A stretch of 59,939 nucleotides of DNA from an uncultured Actinomycetes bacterium (lineage in GTDB: Bacteria > Actinomycetota > Actinomycetes > S36-B12 > GCA-2699445), in NCBI GenBank assembly GCA_964631645.1, contig CAZVYU010000001.1:5610-65548 (forward strand), given 5' to 3'. Positions 54,743 to 59,939 of this stretch are shown piece by piece; positions within the stretch are counted from its first letter, which is position 1, and every line of letters starts with the position of its first letter. Position numbers and translations under genes: made by a program. A model generated the notes under the pieces. The model was not told where the DNA came from. It was given only the letters and a program-made list of their open reading frames with translations, and searched no databases.

Positions 54743-55440
54743 GCGATCGCACCGAACAGTTGCGGCACGGCCTGGCGGTGGTGCGTACTCGCATCGCCGC
54801 GGCCGCCGATGTGGTCGGTCGGGATCCTGATTCCGTGACACTGATCGTGGTGTCCAAGACCTGGCCGGCCGACGACGTGCGTCGCCTGGCGGACCTCGGG
54901 GTCACCGATGTCGCGGAGAACCGGGACCAGGAGGCGGTCCCCAAGGTGCAGGCGTGCGCGGACCTGGACCTGACCTGGCACTTCGTGGGGCAGCTCCAGC
55001 GCAACAAGGCCGCCTCGGTGGCGCGGTACGCCGACGTGGTGCAGTCGGTCGACCGGGAGGCTCTGGTGGCCGCCCTGGACCGGGGGGCCGCACGAGCGGG
55101 CCGGCGCCTGGGCGCATTGGTCCAGGTGGGCCTGGATACCGGCGCAGATGCCCACCGGGGCGGCTGCGCTCCCGTCGATCTGCCCGCCGTGGCGGGGGCG
55201 ATCGACGACGCCGAACATCTGGAGTTGCTGGGCCTGATGGCGGTGGCGCCGCTGGGGGCGGACCCGGCACCCGCCTTCGCCCGGCTGGCTGGCCTGCGCG
55301 ACGACTTGGTGGCCCGGTTCCCGGGCGCGGACTGGATGTCCGCGGGGATGAGTGGCGATCTGGAACAAGCGGTCGCAGCCGGCGCGACACACGTGCGTGT
55401 CGGCAGCGCAGTGCTCGGGGGGCGCCCGGATGTCAGGTAA
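54739..55440 (+). CDS. yggS: YggS-family pyridoxal-phosphate homeostasis protein (YlmE)
   Basis: ...VTLIVVSKTWP... (PLP Lys), ...WHFVGQLQRNK..., ...SAGMSGDLE...VRVGSA.... GTGA overlap with pgeF. Confidence 0.85.
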   Translation: MSDRTEQLRHGLAVVRTRIAAAADVVGRDPDSVTLIVVSKTWPADDVRRLADLGVTDVAENRDQEAVPKVQACADLDLTWHFVGQLQRNKAASVARYADVVQSVDREALVAALDRGAARAGRRLGALVQVGLDTGADAHRGGCAPVDLPAVAGAIDDAEHLELLGLMAVAPLGADPAPAFARLAGLRDDLVARFPGADWMSAGMSGDLEQAVAAGATHVRVGSAVLGGRPDVR

Positions 55441-55638
55441 CGTCAGTCCACGAGCCACCACCTCGACCGGCGGCGCTCCTGGGGGCCCCTCCGGGACACC
55501 GCGTCAGACCTCGGGTCTCCGGACGACCGGCAACGGTCCCCGGCCCCGGGAACAACACCGAACACAACACAGGATCAGAGACGCAGGATCACACTGGTGG
55601 TGGTTCAAGCGCCTCACTTCCCCGTCAGAGGAGCGGAC

Positions 55639-56160
55639 ATGGCAACAGCGATGAAGCGACTGGGTGTGTACCTCGGTCTGGTCGAGGACGACCCCAACTA
55701 CCAGTACGACTATGGGCAGCCCGGCACCACCGGCACGACCGGCTCCACCGGTACCGCGCGGAGCCCGGAAGCCGGGGCGACCAGCGCCACTGCTTCGGTC
55801 TCCACGCTCCCGCGTCGGGACGCCGACACCGCCGCCCGGCCGGTCGTCAGTGCGACGGCCCCGGCCGCGGGGACCGTCGATCCCTACGCCATCCACACCA
55901 TCCATCCGCGCTCGTACAACGACGCCCGCCGGATCGGTGAGCAGTACCGGGCCGGCTCGCCGGTCATCATGAACCTGAGCGAGATGAACGACTCCGACGC
56001 CAAGCGGATCGTGGATTTTGCGGCCGGCCTGGTCTTCGCCATGCACGGCAGCATCGAGCGGGTGACCCAGAAGGTGTTCCTGCTGTCCCCAGCCAACGTC
56101 GACGTCCGCGACGCCCCCGCGGTGCAGCAGGCGCGCGACGGATTCTTCAACCAGAGCTGA
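55639..56160 (+). CDS. sepF: Cell-division protein SepF
   Basis: N-terminal amphipathic MKRLGVYLGLVEDD and a C-terminal core ...PRSYNDARRIGEQYRAGSPVIMNL...RIVDFAAGLVFAMHGSIERV.... AGAGGAG RBS before ATG 55639. Confidence 0.85.
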   Translation: MATAMKRLGVYLGLVEDDPNYQYDYGQPGTTGTTGSTGTARSPEAGATSATASVSTLPRRDADTAARPVVSATAPAAGTVDPYAIHTIHPRSYNDARRIGEQYRAGSPVIMNLSEMNDSDAKRIVDFAAGLVFAMHGSIERVTQKVFLLSPANVDVRDAPAVQQARDGFFNQS

Positions 56161-56166
56161 TCTCTG

Positions 56167-56466
56167 GTGGGCGCGTTCCTGGGTTTCCTGGCCACGCTCC
56201 TGTGGGTGTACTGGCTGATCCTGATCGGTCGGCTCATCCTGGACTGGGTGCAGGTGTTCTCCCGGGACTGGCAGCCCAAGGGGCCGCTGTTGGTGATCGC
56301 CGAGGCGATCTACACGGTCACCGACCCACCGCTGCGCCTGCTGCGCCGCTTCATCCCGCCGTTGCGGCTGGGTCAGGTGGCCCTCGACCTGTCGTTCCTG
56401 GTCCTGATCCTGGGGATCGGCATCGCCATCTCGGTGCTCTCCGGAATGGCCGCCTCCGCGGGTTAG
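56167..56466 (+). CDS. yggT: YggT-family membrane protein (YlmG)
   Basis: 99-aa two-TM protein with ...YTVTDPPLRLLRRFIPP..., typical of YggT. Confidence 0.8.
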   Translation: MGAFLGFLATLLWVYWLILIGRLILDWVQVFSRDWQPKGPLLVIAEAIYTVTDPPLRLLRRFIPPLRLGQVALDLSFLVLILGIGIAISVLSGMAASAG

Positions 56467-59400
56467 ATCCGCTCCACCCAGATGTGGAACTGATCGTCCT
56501 TGCCCGGGAAGCGTTGTCCTCGGCCTGGTCCCGGCGCCACCTCGACAGCCAGCACCTCGGCGGCGATCAGGTCGGCGTGTTCCACGATCGCGTCGGCGGT
56601 CTCGAGGTCGTCGGACTGCCACGACAGGATCACGCGATCACTGACTGAATAACCGGACGCCTTGCGGGCCTCCTGCACGACGCGGATCACCTGGCGCGCC
56701 AATCCGAGCCGTACCAGCGACGGTGTCAGGTGCAGGTCGAGAGCCACGGTGGCGCCCTCCGCCGAGGCCACCGCCCACCCTTCGCGCGGGGTCTCGGTGA
56801 CCACCACGTCATCGGCGGTGATGGTCACCGCCCCCAGTGTGTCGACATGAACCGAGGCGCTCCCATCCGGGCCGCGCAGCTGGGCGACCACCCCCACGGG
56901 GTCCAACGCCGTGATGGCGGCCGCGACCTGCGGCGTCTGTTTGCCGTGGGTTCGCCCGAGGGAACGGAAGTTCGGTTTGACCGATACCTCGATCAGGTCA
57001 CCTGCCGCGTCGGTGAGCGATTCCAACGACTGCACGTTCAGCTCGTCGGCCACCTGCCGGCGCAGGTCGTCGGGCAGTTGGTCCCACCCAGGTGCCGACA
57101 CCGCGGCGGCGGTCAATGGCTGCCGGGTGCCGACGCCGGCCTCACCCCGGGCCGTGCGCCCCAGATCGACCAGTCGACGCACCAGTGCCATGTGTTCCTC
57201 AAGAGCCTCATCGCGCACGACCGGGTCCGGTTCGGGCCAGTCGTTCAGGTGCACCGACGGCCGGCCCTGCGCTGCGAACAGGTCCTGCCACACCCGTTCG
57301 GTGATGAAGGGGGTGAACGGGGCCATCGCCACGGTCAGCAGGCGCAGGCATTCGTGCAAGGTGCTGAGCGCCGCCGGGTCGCCGTCCCAGAACCGGCGCC
57401 GCGACCGGCGGACGTACCAGTTGGACAGGTCGTCGATGTAGCGCGCCAGTTCCCGACCGGCGGCCTGGGTGTCGAACCGCTCGAGCAGTTCGTCGACCTG
57501 CTGGGTCATGCCGTGTGCCCGCGACAGTGCCCACCGGTCCAGCACATGATCCGACGGCGTCAGCGTGGCCGGATCCCACTGCGACGCCTGGGCGTAGAGC
57601 GCCTGGAAAGACACGGTGCTCCAGTACGTCGACAGCGTCTTGCGCCACACCTCTTCGATGGCCTGATGCCCCACACGCCGGGCCTGCCACGGTGAACCGC
57701 TGGCCAACATGAACCAGCGGACCGAGTCCGCCCCGTGGGTGTCCATCAACTCGAACGGGTCGAGGACGTTGCCCAGGTGTTTGCTCATCTTGCGGCCGTC
57801 GGCGTCCAGGATATGCCCGAGGCACAGCACGTTGCGATAACTCGACTCGTCGAACACGAGCGTCCCGATCGCCATCAGCGTGTAGAACCAGCCGCGGGTC
57901 TGGTCGATCGCCTCGCAGATGAAGTCGGCGGGGTAACTGGCGGAGAACTCCTCGCTGTTGCGGTGCGGGTACCCGAACTGGGCGAACGGCATGGCACCGG
58001 AGTCGTACCAGCAGTCGATGACCTCGGGGACCCGTGTGGCCGTCAGCCCGCAGGAGGGGCACGGCAACGTGACATCGTCCACGAAGGGGCGATGGGGATC
58101 GAGTTCGGACACGTCCCGGCCGGCGTACTCGGACAGCTCCGCCAACGATCCGATCGCCGTGAGGTGCCCGTCGGAGCAGCGCCACAAGGGCAGGGGGGTG
58201 CCCCAGTAGCGGTCACGGCTGAGCGCCCAGTCGATGTTGTTGCGCAGCCAGTTGCCGTAGCGACCCCACTGGATCGTCGGCGGGAACCACGAGGTCGCCT
58301 CGTTCTGGTCGAGCAGTTCCTGCTGCCGAGCGGTCGTACGGATGAACCACGACGGCTGCGCGTAGTAGATCAGGGGGGTGTGGCAGCGCCAGCAATGCGG
58401 ATAGGAGTGTTCGTAGGGCACATGTCGCACCAGCAGTCCGCGCGAGGCCAGGTCCGCCACCAGCACCTCGTCGGCCTTTTTGAAGAACAGTCCGCCCACC
58501 AGCGGCACCTCAGGTTCGAATGTCCCGTCCGGACGCACCGGGTTGATCATCGGCAGGTCGTAGCCGCGTGCTGCGTTCAGGTCGTCCTGGCCGAACGCGG
58601 GAGCGATGTGGACGAGCCCGGACCCGTCGTCGGTGGTCACGTAGTCGCCCCGGATGACGTAGTGGGCGTCCGGCACCTCGACCAGATCGAACGGCGCCGC
58701 GTACGGCAGCCCCTCCAGCACCGATCCGGACAGCGTCTCCAGCACCTCTGGTTCTTCGCCCGGTAGCGCCGTGTCGACCAGGCCTGCGGCGACCACGAAC
58801 AGGTCGCCGGTACCGGTGCGCACCACCTGGTAGTCGGCCGCCGGCTGAACCGCGACCGCGACGTTGGACACCAGGGTCCACGGCGTGGTCGTCCAGACCA
58901 GCAGCGCCACCCCGGGATACCGATCCGCGAGATCGCCCCCGGTCACCGGGAACCGGACGAAGACGGACGGATCGACGACGTCCTCGTAACCCTGAGCCAA
59001 CTCATGATCGGACAACCCCGTCCCGCACCGGGGACAGTACGGGCTCACCCGGTGATCCGACACCAGCAGCCCGGCTTCGAAGATCTGCTTGAGCGACCAC
59101 CACACCGATTCGACGTAGTCGCTGTCCATGGTCCAGTAGGCGGCATCCATGTCGACCCAGTAGCCCATCCGTTCGGTGAGCCGCGCGAACTCGTCGACGT
59201 GCCGCACCACCGACTCCCGGCACCGGGAGTTGAACTCGGCGATTCCGTACGCCTCGATGTCCTGCTTGCCGTTGAACCCGAGTTCCTTCTCGACGGCCAA
59301 CTCGACCGGCAGCCCGTGGCAATCCCAACCCGCCTGGCGCGGGACGTAGTACCCCTTCATCGTTCGATGCCGGGGGAACACGTCCTTGAAAGCGCGCGCT

Positions 59401-59582
59401 TCGATGTGATGGGTGCCGGGGCTGCCGTTGGCCGTGGGGGGTCCCTCGTAGAACACCCATCGGGGAGCGTCGGCACGCTGCGCGAGGGTGGCGTCGAAGA
59501 TCTCGTGCTCGCGCCAGAAGTCGATGATGCCGGCTTCCATCTCGGCCGGGTTGTCGATCCGAGCGGGGACCTCGCGGTACAT
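56463..59582 (-). CDS. ileS: Isoleucine--tRNA ligase
   Basis: A HIGH-type motif (PGTHH in PTANGSPGTHHIEA), the KMSKHLG (KMSKS) motif, and CP1 editing-domain length are all present. 1039 aa. The ORF overlaps the yggT stop convergently by 4 nt. Confidence 0.95.
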   Translation of the reverse strand: MYREVPARIDNPAEMEAGIIDFWREHEIFDATLAQRADAPRWVFYEGPPTANGSPGTHHIEARAFKDVFPRHRTMKGYYVPRQAGWDCHGLPVELAVEKELGFNGKQDIEAYGIAEFNSRCRESVVRHVDEFARLTERMGYWVDMDAAYWTMDSDYVESVWWSLKQIFEAGLLVSDHRVSPYCPRCGTGLSDHELAQGYEDVVDPSVFVRFPVTGGDLADRYPGVALLVWTTTPWTLVSNVAVAVQPAADYQVVRTGTGDLFVVAAGLVDTALPGEEPEVLETLSGSVLEGLPYAAPFDLVEVPDAHYVIRGDYVTTDDGSGLVHIAPAFGQDDLNAARGYDLPMINPVRPDGTFEPEVPLVGGLFFKKADEVLVADLASRGLLVRHVPYEHSYPHCWRCHTPLIYYAQPSWFIRTTARQQELLDQNEATSWFPPTIQWGRYGNWLRNNIDWALSRDRYWGTPLPLWRCSDGHLTAIGSLAELSEYAGRDVSELDPHRPFVDDVTLPCPSCGLTATRVPEVIDCWYDSGAMPFAQFGYPHRNSEEFSASYPADFICEAIDQTRGWFYTLMAIGTLVFDESSYRNVLCLGHILDADGRKMSKHLGNVLDPFELMDTHGADSVRWFMLASGSPWQARRVGHQAIEEVWRKTLSTYWSTVSFQALYAQASQWDPATLTPSDHVLDRWALSRAHGMTQQVDELLERFDTQAAGRELARYIDDLSNWYVRRSRRRFWDGDPAALSTLHECLRLLTVAMAPFTPFITERVWQDLFAAQGRPSVHLNDWPEPDPVVRDEALEEHMALVRRLVDLGRTARGEAGVGTRQPLTAAAVSAPGWDQLPDDLRRQVADELNVQSLESLTDAAGDLIEVSVKPNFRSLGRTHGKQTPQVAAAITALDPVGVVAQLRGPDGSASVHVDTLGAVTITADDVVVTETPREGWAVASAEGATVALDLHLTPSLVRLGLARQVIRVVQEARKASGYSVSDRVILSWQSDDLETADAIVEHADLIAAEVLAVEVAPGPGRGQRFPGKDDQFHIWVERI

Positions 59583-59585
59583 GGC

Positions 59586-59785
59586 ACTCCTCGTGACAGG
59601 TCACGAAGGGACGACGGCCCCGGTCCGGGACTGCCGCGGTACCACCCTCCTTGCCGTCCGGGGACGACCGCTCGGTTAGCCCGCTGCCGGTTCTACTCCG
59701 CGCTGAACGCGGTTCCTCCGGCGACTCGGGAGTGATGTCCGGCCGGGCTGACCACCGGACTCGCACCAGTCTCCGGCTCGCTTCG
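59586..59785 (-). promoter_or_regulatory. T-box riboswitch leader of ileS (Ile specifier AUC)
   Basis: On the minus strand, the T-box sequence AAGGAGGGUGGUACCGCGG lies at 59652-59634. Stem I candidate: GCGAGCCGGAG...GUCCGG...CCGGAC-AUC-A-CUCCCGAGUCGC, with AUC at 59736-59734 followed by a purine. The SD GAGGAG (59592-59587) lies just downstream of the discriminator. Confidence 0.75.
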
Positions 59786-59872
59786 GTCAGGTCCCGCGGT
59801 CGGCGCGTCTCCGTCAGCGTCGTTGCGGCCTGCCCAGACTACCCGCACCACGCGTTGGCTGCCGCCCCGCTC

Positions 59873-59939
59873 CGCGGGGTGAGTGCCGCCGCAGCGCCCA
59901 CCTTCCGCGGGGTGAGTAGCCGCCGCAGCGCCCACCTTC
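59873..59939. repeat. Two tandem copies (33 and 34 nt) of CGCGGGGTGAGT(A)GCCGCCGCAGCGCCCACCTTC, running into the window edge
   Basis: Copy 1 spans 59873-59905 and copy 2 spans 59906-59939. They differ only by one inserted A. The array may continue beyond the window. Confidence 0.6.

Noticed and set aside
59873-59939. CRISPR array at the window edge.
   Set aside because: The two repeat copies are directly adjacent without spacers, and no cas genes are present in the window.
1-59939. Mobile elements, prophage or genomic-island boundaries (transposase, integrase, tRNA-flanked att sites, IS inverted repeats).
   Set aside because: None of the ORFs shows transposase, integrase or recombinase motifs, and there are no tRNA genes. 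The only compositionally deviant coding stretch is the lipoprotein gene at 51239-51781, and it has no flanking repeats.

Overview
Very GC-rich actinobacterial chromosome segment. I found no rRNA, tRNA, transposase, integrase or CRISPR array. Gene order is colinear with the Mycobacterium tuberculosis Rv2187 (fadD15) to Rv2145c neighbourhood, judged from memory of that locus. Left third: a GT87 mannosyltransferase, a fadD15-like ligase, and a tightly coupled six-gene operon of unknown function (two SRPBCC proteins, a tail-anchored Zn-ribbon protein, a metallophosphoesterase, an ArsA/Get3-like ATPase, a CxxCxxC protein). It also holds a ROK glucokinase, plsC, two unrelated DAHP synthases and a PASTA Ser/Thr kinase. 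Middle: carotenoid genes (crtYc/Yd, crtB, crtI, idsA/crtE, then a YbaK-like/cruF/GT2/crtD-like operon) spliced into the idsA-mptA-pknL backbone, plus metF and a K+/H+ antiporter. It ends with an SOS-box-controlled cassette of a DUF6504-like protein, a HEPN-like protein, a DnaE2-like polymerase and DinB. Right third: the dcw cluster mraZ-rsmH-ftsL-ftsI-murE-murF-mraY-murD-ftsW-murG-murC-ftsQ ... ftsZ-pgeF-yggS-sepF-yggT, followed by convergent ileS with a T-box leader. Most notable observations: (1) ftsZ is interrupted, lacking about 5 conserved helix-H7 codons and carrying a 1-nt frame change. (2) A lipoprotein + ApbE gene pair sits between ftsQ and ftsZ. (3) divIVA is absent after yggT. (4) The LexA-box polymerase cassette has HEPN/DUF6504-like partners instead of imuA/imuB. 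All family names rest on motif recognition by eye and need HMM or BLAST confirmation.
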